From contig JANQNF010000046.1 of assembly GCA_028279705.1 (NCBI GenBank), forward strand, positions 17,019-81,018: 64,000 nt of DNA. The letters run 5' to 3'. Of this stretch, positions 48,956 through 59,409 are shown in pieces; the first letter of the stretch is position 1, and the number at the start of each line of letters is the position of its first letter. The translations under genes and the position numbers were made by a program. The notes below the pieces were generated by a model. That model did no database searches. It was not told where the DNA came from and saw only the letters and a list, made by a program, of their open reading frames with translations. The stretch is from an archaeon. Lineage in GTDB: Archaea > Aenigmatarchaeota > Aenigmatarchaeia > QMZP01 > JAFGSV01.

Positions 48956-49564
48956 ATGAAAGGGCGCTTGATAGTCTTTGAGGGCATTGACGGCTCAGGT
49001 ACGGAAACCCAGTCGAAGATGCTTCTCGATGCTTTCAAATCCAAAAAAGCAGATTCTGTAAGGGTAGAGTATCCTGACTATGAGGGAGACCTCGGAAAGC
49101 TGATAAGACAGTTCCTTGACAAAAAGCAGGAACTATCTGCTGAGATGCAGTTTCTCCTCTACGCAGGCGACATGGTAAAGGACAAGGATAAGATAGGTGC
49201 CTGGCTCAGGGCTGGCAAGACAGTCATATGCGACAGGTACTTCAACTCGACGCTCGTCTACCAGGGCATCCGGGGTTTCAGCCAGGAGAAAGCGCTAAAG
49301 TTCGCAGAGGACTTCTGGATACCAAAACCGGACATAGTCTTCTTCCTAAAAATTTCTGAGGACGAATCACTCCGGAGAAAGATGGACGAGCACGGAAAGC
49401 TCGACAGGAACGAAGCTGACAAGGCGTTCCTCGCAAAAGTCAACTCATCCTACGAGAAGATGTCAGTCGACAACGTCTTCGGCAAGTGGTTCGTAATAGA
49501 CGGATCTAAGAGTAGGAACGAAATACACAAAGAAGTTCTGAACGTGCTGGAAACCGCATTTTAG
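48956..49564 (+). CDS. tmk: thymidylate kinase
   Basis: FEGIDGSGTETQ P-loop; DRYFNS. Confidence 0.85.
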   Translation: MKGRLIVFEGIDGSGTETQSKMLLDAFKSKKADSVRVEYPDYEGDLGKLIRQFLDKKQELSAEMQFLLYAGDMVKDKDKIGAWLRAGKTVICDRYFNSTLVYQGIRGFSQEKALKFAEDFWIPKPDIVFFLKISEDESLRRKMDEHGKLDRNEADKAFLAKVNSSYEKMSVDNVFGKWFVIDGSKSRNEIHKEVLNVLETAF

Positions 49565-49566
49565 GC

Positions 49567-49947
49567 CTACGCCGCTTGCCGTGTTATATTTTTGAGATAT
49601 TCGTGCTTTTTCCCAAGCCCGTCGAGTATGTTATTTGCATGCGGGTTAAGCTTTATGTCGGCAGGTATGCCGTTGTTTCTGAATTTTTCAATCTGGCCGC
49701 CGATATAGTCGATTCCGATATTTTTTCCGCTTGTCATCCCGAGCAGTTCCCTGTAGATTTCCGATGTGACATGGTCCAGTGACTCATCCCCTGCGTCAGT
49801 CATGTACTTTTTTACTATTCCCGGCAGTTCCTTCTTCAGATATTCCTGCATTTTTGCCCCGAGTCTTTTCTTTCCGAACATTGTTATTACTACGCAGTCA
49901 CAGTTTATAAAGCTTTCGGTACCCATGCTATAAAAACGTGTCCGCAT
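49567..49947 (-). CDS. hypothetical protein
   Basis: 126-aa ORF; possibly continuous with 49982..50233 if frameshifted. Confidence 0.35.
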   Translation of the reverse strand: MRTRFYSMGTESFINCDCVVITMFGKKRLGAKMQEYLKKELPGIVKKYMTDAGDESLDHVTSEIYRELLGMTSGKNIGIDYIGGQIEKFRNNGIPADIKLNPHANNILDGLGKKHEYLKNITRQAA

Positions 49948-50245
49948 GATATCGTTTTACATAAAACCGCAAACAAGGTCGTCATAAAACGCAGTTAAGC
50001 TTGTAAGATTTCGCAGCGTTGCAAAAAATCGAATGCAGGCGAGAACCTAATCCGAGTTCTCCAAGCTTTTCAATGTCCCTGAAATTGTAATCTGTCCCCT
50101 CAAGCTTCTCTGTGATGACTTTGTGTGCATTTCCACTGTCCGAGAGATTTATTTTTCCATCTATCAGTAAATTTACGCATTCATTATAGACCCCTTCGAG
50201 ATCATTCACTGCCATCTCTCTTAATTGATGCAAAGTTTTTAAAAG

Positions 50246-50797
50246 TCACCAGGGTTCCTTTTTCACTTTGATCTTGTATGCTATCACACATGCCGTGATG
50301 TGGAATATGGGTGTCAGCACCGCCATTAAGATGAACCATTCTATCCTAACGATGGTGATTATGGATGCAAAAAGCATTGCACCTACAAGAAAGTCCAGCT
50401 GGTCCATCACCGGTGCCTTCTGCCCCCTCTCAAGCTTCAGCCGCCTCTTGATGAAAGAACCTGCAGAATCGCCTGCCATGGCACCGAGCCCCAGCATGAA
50501 ACCAAGTGCAGGCCCCATTGGTGCAAGCACAAGCGCTACTTCGGAAAGCTCCCATGGAAGGTAGGGAAACGCAAGCATCTCCACAATGCCTATCAGGGTG
50601 CCAATTAGAGCCCCATAAATGAGCCCTTCTATGCTTTTTCCAGGCCCGAGTATTGGACGTCCGTCTATGAAATTCCTGCCAAAATCAAGCCGTTTTTTGC
50701 CCCTGAAGAGCGGTACGAGGCCGTTAGCCGCGTACGCCGGCAGTATCAGCCAGGTGGCTTCCACGAGAATGTAGATGTTGAAAATGTCAACGATCAT
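50246..50797 (-). CDS. carS: CDP-archaeol synthase
   Basis: DUF46 profile FIDGRPILGPGKSIEG, AGDSAGSFIKRR; 5 TM. Confidence 0.85.
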   Translation of the reverse strand: MIVDIFNIYILVEATWLILPAYAANGLVPLFRGKKRLDFGRNFIDGRPILGPGKSIEGLIYGALIGTLIGIVEMLAFPYLPWELSEVALVLAPMGPALGFMLGLGAMAGDSAGSFIKRRLKLERGQKAPVMDQLDFLVGAMLFASIITIVRIEWFILMAVLTPIFHITACVIAYKIKVKKEPW

Positions 50798-50839
50798 CTA
50801 TATTATGTAGGAACTGTCCGTTAAAAGTTTTGTTTCAGT

Positions 50840-51460
50840 TCACCTCGAAAACCTGACTTCTCCCGCAAAACCGGACCCTTCTATTTCACCCATATAATTA
50901 CGCTTCAAGATTTCAAGGTTATGCTTATCGATTCCGCCATTGAGTTTGATATAGACCATGTCTATATTTTCCGGGTTTATGCGCTTTATCGCAACCAAGG
51001 CATCATTACGGGGACTCACCAATGTATTTTCTTCCATGTAACCTGGAAGAAGTATTGCGCTTTTTGATGTTATGGCGTATCCGTCTTTTGTTAGGTTGTC
51101 ATCACATGATTGATGCCATGGATATCCTTCGGTACTCAGGGTGTCGTGGATTATAGCATTGTCGTCAGTATCTCCTGTATATCCGTTGCCCCCGTTAAAG
51201 CCGTTCTTTACTATCCCCATGAGGTCTGCATAAACGGTACTGCCGCCGTTTCCAGTGATGCAGTGGACAAAGCAACATTCCTCGATCAAGGAATCTCCCC
51301 GTACCCAGAACGGAGTAAAGGATTCACCATTCTCGGTAAGGAGCAAGTACACAGCCATGTGACTGCCAACATCGGTGCTGAGTGATTTCGCATGCACATA
51401 ATGTTTATCGAAATCTATGTAAGAATTTCTGAGTTCATCCGGATCTATGATCATTATCAT
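50840..51460 (-). CDS. hypothetical protein (possible Cys-His-Asp hydrolase)
   Basis: 206 aa; CCFVHC..IIHD; weak. Confidence 0.4.
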   Translation of the reverse strand: MIMIIDPDELRNSYIDFDKHYVHAKSLSTDVGSHMAVYLLLTENGESFTPFWVRGDSLIEECCFVHCITGNGGSTVYADLMGIVKNGFNGGNGYTGDTDDNAIIHDTLSTEGYPWHQSCDDNLTKDGYAITSKSAILLPGYMEENTLVSPRNDALVAIKRINPENIDMVYIKLNGGIDKHNLEILKRNYMGEIEGSGFAGEVRFSR

Positions 51461-51507
51461 AAAAGCATGGAAAATTTAAAAAGTAGTAACGTACTAGAAT
51501 TCAGAAG

Positions 51508-51579
51508 GGGCCGGTAGATCAGTGGTAGATCGCTTGGTTCGCATCCAAGAGGCCAGGGGTTCAAATCCCCTCCGGTCCA
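51508..51579 (+). tRNA. tRNA-Ala (anticodon CGC), no encoded CCA
   Basis: Hand-folded; G3:U70 Ala identity pair; anticodon loop uuCGCau; T-loop GGTTCAAATCC. Confidence 0.8.
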
Positions 51580-51769
51580 CTGGATTTATACGGTTCGAAT
51601 TATATTACTGCCTTACGTTGGGCCATTTAAGATCGACTTCGTTACATCATCAGACCGATTTCAGTTTCAGTTCTTTACGGTCTGCATGCATTTATCGATT
51701 TTACGCATTCCAATTTTTGAAATATTCTCGACGAAATCTGCGGGAACCGGATGTCAGGCCCCACTTAGT

Positions 51770-52315
51770 TCATTCACACTTGATTTCCCTTTCTTCCAGA
51801 ACAGATAATGCAGTATCTCTGAACTTCCCTATTCCAAGTTCATTTTTATGGTGCCGTGATATCACATTGTTGAGATCTTCCTCAGTGAATTGGATTTTTT
51901 CAATCAGAACTTTGGCGTCCGCGTTTTCCTCTTCACTTTTCTTTAACCTGTACTTGTAGAAGTCGTATGCATTATTGAGACCTTCTCGCGGATGGGCAAA
52001 ATTTGCCACTCTTGAAAGTCCACTTTTTCCTGGTTTGCACGTGATGTTGTTTCCGAGTTTGGTACTCTCGAGTTCTCTGATGAAGTATTTCTTTTCAGGG
52101 TCATTGTAAGGGAGTATCCTCCAGAGAATGGAAATGTCGTCCTTGGTCACGTTGTCGATTACGCCACTTTCCCTTAGGTCAGTGAAATACGCCATTGTCG
52201 ACGTTTCGAGTATAAGTTCATTCGACTTCCATCCACGCGCATTTGAAGTTTCCTTGAAATTCACGTATTCGCAGAACAGGTTGTGTACCTGCTTGTTGTA
52301 CAGATATTTTCCCAT
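51770..52315 (-). CDS. hypothetical protein
   Basis: 181-aa ORF. Confidence 0.4.
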   Translation of the reverse strand: MGKYLYNKQVHNLFCEYVNFKETSNARGWKSNELILETSTMAYFTDLRESGVIDNVTKDDISILWRILPYNDPEKKYFIRELESTKLGNNITCKPGKSGLSRVANFAHPREGLNNAYDFYKYRLKKSEEENADAKVLIEKIQFTEEDLNNVISRHHKNELGIGKFRDTALSVLEEREIKCE

Positions 52316-52417
52316 TTACGAATTCTGGTGCGAATTTTTTTAAACGCGACGCTCCTGCCACTCTCCAGAAAACCGCAGTAACGTTTCACTCTTTTGATAG
52401 TTTTAGCTTCCGAATGC

Positions 52418-52681
52418 TTAATCGGCAGGTCCGGACTGTAACTTCTTGATAGCTTTTGAGAAGTAATCAAACGCACTTCCCTTTTCGGTAGCATGCAATT
52501 TACTTCCCAAGTTGGCAATGGCATTTACGGTGTAATCCACATCGGGACGATTTTTTATGAAAATTGATGCAAGTTTTTCCCCGCGATCGTCGGGGATTAC
52601 TGTGTATTTTTTCATATCAGCTATCTCTTCTTTGAAATCCGTGTATACCTCAAGCAATGGTGTATTTATCATGACAAACAT
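52418..52681 (-). CDS. hypothetical protein
   Basis: 87-aa ORF. Confidence 0.3.
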   Translation of the reverse strand: MFVMINTPLLEVYTDFKEEIADMKKYTVIPDDRGEKLASIFIKNRPDVDYTVNAIANLGSKLHATEKGSAFDYFSKAIKKLQSGPAD

Positions 52682-52779
52682 ATATCAGAAAGCTTTAAAT
52701 CTGTTAAGTGTCACTTCTCTCCTTTGGCCAGCGTCCTGTCAACCTGTACGGACTGTGTGGCTACAGTGACTGGCGATGA

Positions 52780-55700
52780 TCAGTCCTTTGAGAGATTGAC
52801 CTTCCGCGACACTTCAAAATCCTTTATGATGCATACGGTGGAGTCCGGTGCAATCTCTGCGACCTTTTTCATCTCTTCGGGCGAGAGTATCTTTCCTTCT
52901 ATCTTCAGTACGTCCTTTACCCCAAGCCTGCTGCTTGGAAGGTTCGTCACCATGCTGACTATCGAATTGGGATAGCCCTTCCTGACTCCAAGCACTTCAA
53001 GCACTTCGTATGCCTTGTTCGACGGCAGGTGGTCTATCACCGTGCCGTTCTCGATCTTTGCGATCTTGTATTCCCTTTCCATTCCAGATAACCTCCAGTA
53101 TTCTTTCAATTCTCTTGCCTCCATTTTCGGCTTTTTGAGAAGAGCATCAGCGAATGCCTCTATGAGGGACATCTGCGTGAATATGGGAACCCCAAGAGTC
53201 GCAAGTTCCCTTCTTATTTCACTGTCGTCACCGGCATCTATCAGAACGTCTGGTTTGGTACCGTCATACTCTGTCATGACATTGAAACCCGCCTTCTTGA
53301 GTTTTTCCGCAACGCCTCTTCCCACATTGTTGAGAAGCACGTTGCCGCCGATCCTAAATCCGGACTCTGTCGCGATCATGGATTTGATGAGGGCCTCTTC
53401 GAAAGTTGTTCCCATGCATGCGATTTCTCCAGTGGAGACCATCTCGACCCCGAGTTTTGGGTCTATTCCCTTGAACCTTGCCCATGAGAACATCGGAAAC
53501 TTTACTGAATAGGTCTTGAGGTGGTTTGTCACAAGTCCCCTCGGGAGAGGCTCGCCCGTCATGCACCTCGTCGCGGTCTTTATCAGGTTTATCCCAGCGC
53601 TCTTGCTCGTGTAAGGCATGGACCTCGATGCCCTGAGGTTGCATTCGATGACGTATATCCTCTCACCCTTGACCATGTACTGGATGTTGAACGGGCCCTT
53701 TATTCCAAGTTCCCTCGATATCTTTTCGGTGTAATCATAAATCCTCTCCTTGACACCCTCGCTTATCGATACGGGAGGAATCACCATGCTTGCATCACCG
53801 CTATGGACGCCAGCTGGTTCTATGTGCTCCATCACTGCCCCTATGAAAGCGTTCCTGCCGTCACCGACGCCGTCGACTTCCACTTCCTTTGCGCCCGTTA
53901 TGAACTTCGACACGACGACCGGGTAATCCCTTGAAAGGCTTACTGCGCCTGACAGGTATTCCTTGAGTTCGCTCTCGTTCCTGGCAACCTTCATTGCAGA
54001 CCCCGAAAGCACGTATGACGGCCTTATGATGACAGGATAGCCGATCTTTTCGACAAAGCTTTTGACACCTTTCATTGTCGTGAATGAATCCCATTCGGGC
54101 TGTGCGATCGAAAGCCTGTCAAGCATTGACGAGAACTTGTGCCTGTCTTCTGCCGAGTCTATGTCCCTTCCTGTGGTTCCAAAAAGCGTCACACCCCTCT
54201 TGCTCAGCGAATATGCAAGGTTATTTGAAGTCTGGCCGCCGACGGATACTATCGCACCAAGCGGCTTTTCCTTGTCTATTATGTCCATCATGCGCTCAAG
54301 GCTCAACTCCTCGAAATATAACTTGTCGCTCATGTCGTAGTCAGTGGAGACCGTTTCAGGGTTGCAGTTTGCAACAACCGTCGTATAGCCCTTCTTCTTC
54401 AGTTCCCACACGCAGTTCATCGTGCACCAGTCGAACTCTACACTTGATCCTATCCTTATAGGTCCTGCGCCTATTACGAGCATCTCTCCCTTTTCAGAGA
54501 AGTCTATGTCGTCAAACGAGCCGTTGTATGTCATGTACAGGTAGTTGGTCTTCGCAGGATACTCTGCTGCAAGGGTGTCTATCTGCTTTACAACCGGAAG
54601 TATACCGTAATGCTTTCGTAGCGTCCTTACCCTCTCCGGTGCGACACCCATGCATTCTGCTATCTTGTTGTCAGAGAACCCGATCTTTTTGGCTTCAACG
54701 AGTTCATCCTTGAAACCATCGTCTGAAAAGCGGACTTTATTGAGCTTTTCGTGCATGTCCGTGATGTTTTTTATCTTGTAGAGGAACCATCTGTCTATGC
54801 CGCTTATGTCATGTATCTCATCGACCGTCATGCCCATCCTGAACGCGTCTGCGACGGCAAACAGCCTCTGGTCAGTCGGTGACTTGAGTTCTTCCTTGAT
54901 CTTCTCAGTATCTTCGAATACGGGACTGTCTTCTGTGACCTCCCTTCCTATCTCAAGCATGCGTATGGCCTTCTGTATCACTTCCTCGAAGTTCCTGCCG
55001 ATTGCCATGACCTCGCCGATAGCCTTCATCTGCGAGCCGAGATTCGGATCCACTCCCGGGAATTTTCGCGCCTCCCACCGCGGCACCTTGACTACGATGT
55101 AATCGAGAGCCGGTTCAAAGCACGTTGACGTCACCTGCGTTATCTTGTTCGACACCTGCGGCAGCGTATATCCGACGGAAAGCTTTGCCGCAACGTATGC
55201 GAGCGGATAGCCGGTCGCTTTTGATGCGAGCGCCGAGGACCTCGAAAGCCTTGCGTTCACCTCGATTATGCAGTGTTCAAGCTTGTTTGGATTGAGCGCA
55301 AACTGTATGTTGCATTCACCAACGATCCCAAGCTCACGTATGACGTTTATCGAGACCTTTCTGAGATAATGATATTCCGTGTCAGACAGCGTCTGGCTCG
55401 GCGCGACGACTATGCTGTCGCCCGTGTGGACGCCCATGGGGTCGAAATTCTCCATGCAGCACACCGTTATGCAGTTGTCGTCCTTGTCCCTCATAACCTC
55501 GTATTCGACCTCTTTCCAGTGGTGTAGGTACTTCTCGATGAGCACCTGGTTTATCATGGAGTGTTCGAGACCCTTTTTCACGACCTGTTCAAGTTCATTT
55601 TCATTCCATGCAATTCCTGACCCAAGTCCGCCAAGTATGTATGCTGGCCTTACCATGATGGGGTAGCCGATTTCTGTAGCAGCTTTTCTTGACTCGTCTA

Positions 55701-56154
55701 TTGAATTGCACGATATGCTCTGCGCGACGTCTCCGCCGGCCTTCTCGACAGCTTCCTTGAACCTCTCCCTGTCTTCAGACCTCATTATGGATTCGACAGG
55801 AGTGCCGAGAACTCTCACCCCGTACTTCCTGAGAACGCCTTCCTCGTAAAGCTTAACGCCCATGTTGAGCGCGGTCTGGCCGCCAAAACCAAGGAGTATG
55901 CCGTCAGGTCTTTCCTTCTTTATGATCTTTTCCATGAACTCAAGCGTTATCGGCTCCATGTACACCTTGTCCGCAAGATCGTGCGAGGTCTGTATGGTTG
56001 CAACGTTCGGATTGACGAGTACTGTCTCGATACCCTCTTCTTTTAGCGCCTTCAGTGCCTGGGAACCGCTGTAGTCGAACTCTGCCGCCTGTCCTATCCT
56101 TATGCCGCCTGACCCTATTATCAGCACTTTCCGGACGGACTTGTCTGCGCTCAT
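52780..56154 (-). CDS. carB: carbamoyl-phosphate synthase large subunit with an extra C-terminal PyrI-like allosteric domain
   Basis: Two ATP-grasp halves and an MGS-like domain. The last ~100 aa (KIAKIENGTVIDHLPSNKAYEVLEVLG...NLPSSRLGVKDVLKIEG...STVCIIKDFEV) match the N-terminal allosteric domain of aspartate carbamoyltransferase regulatory chain PyrI; no zinc domain. Confidence 0.9.
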   Translation of the reverse strand: MSADKSVRKVLIIGSGGIRIGQAAEFDYSGSQALKALKEEGIETVLVNPNVATIQTSHDLADKVYMEPITLEFMEKIIKKERPDGILLGFGGQTALNMGVKLYEEGVLRKYGVRVLGTPVESIMRSEDRERFKEAVEKAGGDVAQSISCNSIDESRKAATEIGYPIMVRPAYILGGLGSGIAWNENELEQVVKKGLEHSMINQVLIEKYLHHWKEVEYEVMRDKDDNCITVCCMENFDPMGVHTGDSIVVAPSQTLSDTEYHYLRKVSINVIRELGIVGECNIQFALNPNKLEHCIIEVNARLSRSSALASKATGYPLAYVAAKLSVGYTLPQVSNKITQVTSTCFEPALDYIVVKVPRWEARKFPGVDPNLGSQMKAIGEVMAIGRNFEEVIQKAIRMLEIGREVTEDSPVFEDTEKIKEELKSPTDQRLFAVADAFRMGMTVDEIHDISGIDRWFLYKIKNITDMHEKLNKVRFSDDGFKDELVEAKKIGFSDNKIAECMGVAPERVRTLRKHYGILPVVKQIDTLAAEYPAKTNYLYMTYNGSFDDIDFSEKGEMLVIGAGPIRIGSSVEFDWCTMNCVWELKKKGYTTVVANCNPETVSTDYDMSDKLYFEELSLERMMDIIDKEKPLGAIVSVGGQTSNNLAYSLSKRGVTLFGTTGRDIDSAEDRHKFSSMLDRLSIAQPEWDSFTTMKGVKSFVEKIGYPVIIRPSYVLSGSAMKVARNESELKEYLSGAVSLSRDYPVVVSKFITGAKEVEVDGVGDGRNAFIGAVMEHIEPAGVHSGDASMVIPPVSISEGVKERIYDYTEKISRELGIKGPFNIQYMVKGERIYVIECNLRASRSMPYTSKSAGINLIKTATRCMTGEPLPRGLVTNHLKTYSVKFPMFSWARFKGIDPKLGVEMVSTGEIACMGTTFEEALIKSMIATESGFRIGGNVLLNNVGRGVAEKLKKAGFNVMTEYDGTKPDVLIDAGDDSEIRRELATLGVPIFTQMSLIEAFADALLKKPKMEARELKEYWRLSGMEREYKIAKIENGTVIDHLPSNKAYEVLEVLGVRKGYPNSIVSMVTNLPSSRLGVKDVLKIEGKILSPEEMKKVAEIAPDSTVCIIKDFEVSRKVNLSKD

Positions 56155-57260
56155 TTCGACCTCTCCACCATTTTCATGAACTTGTCAAAAAGGTACCCCG
56201 TATCCACAGGGCCAGGTCTTGCCTCGGGATGGTACTGCACGCCAAACACCGGAAGCTTCTTGTGCTCTATTCCTTCCACTGTCCCGTCGTTGACGTTTAC
56301 AAAGCTTATGTCGACGTCCTTGTCCTTTACGGACTCCGGGCTGATAGTGAACCCGTGGTTCTGGCTTGTGATGTAGCACTTCCCGGTACTCTTCTCCATC
56401 ACAGGATGGTTCTGCCCCCTGTGGCCGAACTTCAGCTTGTATGTGTCACAGCCAAGGGAAAGCCCTATTATCTGGTTTCCAAGGCATATGCCCATAACCG
56501 GAAGCTTGTACTCGATGAGATCGCTGACCGTCTTTATGGTCTTTATTGCCATCTTCGGGTCACCGGGACCGTTTGATATGAATATGCCGTCAGGCGAGAG
56601 GTCCATTATCTTTTTCGTGCTGTATTCGGCAGGGACCCGTGTCACGCTGGCTCCGCGCAAAAGAAGCGACTGGGAAATGCCCGCTTTCATCCCGCAGTCT
56701 ATTATCACGATCCTCTTTCCCTTTCCGGGGTACGTCACCGGCCGGTTTATCGATACCTCGGTCACAAGGTTTCTTTCGTTTGGGTCCTCTGCAGTCTTTG
56801 CAGCGTTGAGAATCTCTGAAACGTCTATTGGGTTTTCAGACACCTCGAGTGCGCCAAGCATGGTCCCCTCATTCCTGAGCACCTTCGTAAGCTCTCTTGT
56901 GTCTATTCCTTCTATTCCGGGTATCCCGCCTGACTTCAGCCACGTGTCAACGTCCATCGTGGACGTGTAATGTGATGGTCCCCTGCAGAGTTCATAGATT
57001 GCATAGCCCTGTATCTTGGGGCCGTCCGACTCAAACTCCTGCCTGCTGACGCCGTAGTTTCCTATGAGAGGATAAGTCTGGGCGAGTATCTGCCCGGTGT
57101 ACGATGGGTCCGTCACAGACTGCGTGTATCCCATCATGCCTGTGTTGAAAACAACTTCTCCGGTTATCTTGCCGGTAGCGCCAAAGCCCTTTCCATGCCA
57201 GACCGATCCGTCGCGGAGTGCGAGCGCTGCATGAAGAATACGTGTGTTATTTTTTTGCAT
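56151..57260 (-). CDS. carA: carbamoyl-phosphate synthase small subunit (glutaminase)
   Basis: GICLGNQ catalytic Cys; HPE; 4-nt overlap with carB. Confidence 0.9.
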   Translation of the reverse strand: MQKNNTRILHAALALRDGSVWHGKGFGATGKITGEVVFNTGMMGYTQSVTDPSYTGQILAQTYPLIGNYGVSRQEFESDGPKIQGYAIYELCRGPSHYTSTMDVDTWLKSGGIPGIEGIDTRELTKVLRNEGTMLGALEVSENPIDVSEILNAAKTAEDPNERNLVTEVSINRPVTYPGKGKRIVIIDCGMKAGISQSLLLRGASVTRVPAEYSTKKIMDLSPDGIFISNGPGDPKMAIKTIKTVSDLIEYKLPVMGICLGNQIIGLSLGCDTYKLKFGHRGQNHPVMEKSTGKCYITSQNHGFTISPESVKDKDVDISFVNVNDGTVEGIEHKKLPVFGVQYHPEARPGPVDTGYLFDKFMKMVERSK

Positions 57261-57393
57261 TTGTTTTCTTTCCAGTGTTTTGGTCACCTTCAAAAAGACC
57301 CTGCACTATTTAAGGAATGTCTGATATTTAAACATTCCTCTACTGGCGTAGATATATGGATTTTATTTAAGCCGTCACTGCCATAAAAATGAT

Positions 57394-57687
57394 ATGAACA
57401 TGAGGGAATGGCTGTCGAAATGGCTAGAGCCGGAACGAAGGATATGGCTCGTCTTTCTGGCAATTTTCCTCGTATCCCAGGCGTTCAACATCGAGGCACG
57501 TTTCCCGGACTACAGCGGATGGTCAGGGTTCGGCTTCCCGTTCAACTATTTCCAGTGGCACGGTGAAATAGAGTATTCGTATTTCAACGTCATAAACCTC
57601 GTAATTGACATTGTCATCATGTTCATCGTCGCAAGGATACTGCTCTTTGGGTACATCCAGTTCACCAAGTACAAGATAATGAAGTGA
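57394..57687 (+). CDS. small membrane protein
   Basis: 97 aa, 2 TM. Confidence 0.35.
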   Translation: MNMREWLSKWLEPERRIWLVFLAIFLVSQAFNIEARFPDYSGWSGFGFPFNYFQWHGEIEYSYFNVINLVIDIVIMFIVARILLFGYIQFTKYKIMK

Positions 57688-57691
57688 TTGT

Positions 57692-58024
57692 ATGGAAAAG
57701 GGACTTCACCATTACCACCAGAGAAAAAGACTCCACGAAAAGAAGGAGAAGTATCCTCATCCTGACAAATGGAAGAGGATAATGGACAAGCTGATATACG
57801 TAGTCGGAATAATCGGTCCACTCACTTCGATCCCTCAGATGATAAACATATGGGTTTATGGCATGATCGAGGGAGTGTCCGTCATAACATGGGCTGCACT
57901 TGCGGTTGTGGCATTCTTCTGGGTCATTTACGGTGTCATGCACAGGGAAAGGCCCATAATAGTCGCGCACGGTCTCTGGGTGATTTTCGATATCCTCATA
58001 GTTCTGGGTGTCCTTCTCGTATGA
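57692..58024 (+). CDS. small membrane protein
   Basis: 110 aa, 3 TM. Confidence 0.35.
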   Translation: MEKGLHHYHQRKRLHEKKEKYPHPDKWKRIMDKLIYVVGIIGPLTSIPQMINIWVYGMIEGVSVITWAALAVVAFFWVIYGVMHRERPIIVAHGLWVIFDILIVLGVLLV

Positions 58025-58025
58025 T

Positions 58026-59405
58026 CTAGAAGTAGATGTCCCGTTCGCCTTTCTCTATCCGTGAAAGGCGCTCTTCTGTCTCAACTCTCACTTTCTCTTT
58101 GTCTATATTTTCCAGGTATTTTGATATTATCTTCTCACCGAGCTTCTTGACCTGCGGTGACGCGTAATCTTCCAGATACTCCTTGAAAGTAAGAAGCGCG
58201 TTCGGCCTGCACAGATGGTGTATGTTACCGGGTTTTGCAAGATCCATGAACGCTTTTCCTGTCCTTTCTTCCCTGTAGCATGCCGTGCAGAAGCTTGGAA
58301 GCAGCCCCTGCTTCAATATGCTCAGCATGACGTCGTCAAGGGACCTGTGGTCGGAAAGGTCAAACTGCGAAAGCCCGCTGTCCTTTGTGTACCCGCCAGG
58401 AGACGTCCTTGAAGCAGCAGATGTCTGCGATATCCCAACCTTGAATGCCTTGGCCCTGAGATCGGGACTTTCCCTGGTTGAAATTATCATGCCGGTGTAT
58501 GGCACAGCCATTCTGAGTATCGCGATTATCTTCAGCAGTTCGTAGTCTGAAATGTTTACAAGCGGCTTGTTCCATTCAACCGTTTCCGAAGGCTGCCACC
58601 TCGGCACCGAGAACGTGTGCGGACCGACCCCGTACGTACTGTCGAGATACTGCGCGTGCGAAACAAGTGCCATCACCTCGAACCTGTAATCGTATAAGCC
58701 AAAGAGTACGCCAAGACCCACGTCGTCAATGCCCGCCTCAAAAGCCCTGTCATGTGCGAAAAGCTGCCTTTCATAATCAGCCTTTGGTCCGCAGTGAAGC
58801 TTCTCGTAGGTTTCCCTGTGGTAAGTCTCCTGGAAGAGCTGGTATGTGCCTATTCCCACTTCCTTGAGCTTCTTGTAATCTTCCACGCTGGTTGCGGCCA
58901 CGTTGACGTTGACGCGCCTTATCTCACCCTTTCTGATCTTGGTATCATAAATCGTCTTGATGGAATCCACTATGTAGTCTATGTCATTGTTCACCGGGTC
59001 CTCACCGAACTCAACAAGGAGCCTCTTGTGCCCCATCTTCTCAAGCGTTTTCACCTGGCTTCTTATCTCGTCCTGGGTAAGCTTCTTTCTAGGTGCATTG
59101 TTTCTCTTGTGAAAGCCGCAGTATTCGCAGTCGTTGACACAGTGGCTGGAAACGTAAAGCGGTGCAAAAAACACCATCCTCTCCCCGTATATCTTCTCCT
59201 TTATCTTTGCCGCAGTCTCAAGCATCCTGTCAACGAAGTTTGGGTGGTCGGCATTTAGAAGGTATGCTACCTCCTCAAGAGAAAGTCCCTTCATCCTGAG
59301 CGCCTTGTTCAGTATCTCGTGTATCTTCCCAGGCGGCCTTGATTTTGTCCTCTCAAGCGCCTTCTCTATCTCCATCACGTTTACGATTTCCTCTGCTTTT
59401 GGCAT
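58026..59405 (-). CDS. hydG: HydG-like radical SAM tyrosine lyase (ThiH/HydG family with C-terminal auxiliary-cluster motif)
   Basis: LYVSSHCVNDCEYCGF cluster motif; C-terminal FCTACYR followed 22 residues later by Cys (CX2CX22C), a HydG feature absent from ThiH. Confidence 0.8.
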   Translation of the reverse strand: MPKAEEIVNVMEIEKALERTKSRPPGKIHEILNKALRMKGLSLEEVAYLLNADHPNFVDRMLETAAKIKEKIYGERMVFFAPLYVSSHCVNDCEYCGFHKRNNAPRKKLTQDEIRSQVKTLEKMGHKRLLVEFGEDPVNNDIDYIVDSIKTIYDTKIRKGEIRRVNVNVAATSVEDYKKLKEVGIGTYQLFQETYHRETYEKLHCGPKADYERQLFAHDRAFEAGIDDVGLGVLFGLYDYRFEVMALVSHAQYLDSTYGVGPHTFSVPRWQPSETVEWNKPLVNISDYELLKIIAILRMAVPYTGMIISTRESPDLRAKAFKVGISQTSAASRTSPGGYTKDSGLSQFDLSDHRSLDDVMLSILKQGLLPSFCTACYREERTGKAFMDLAKPGNIHHLCRPNALLTFKEYLEDYASPQVKKLGEKIISKYLENIDKEKVRVETEERLSRIEKGERDIYF

Positions 59406-59409
59406 ATTA

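Noticed and set aside
53015-56576. Multiple plus-strand ORFs within carB/carA
   Set aside because: Antisense shadows of well-supported carAB.
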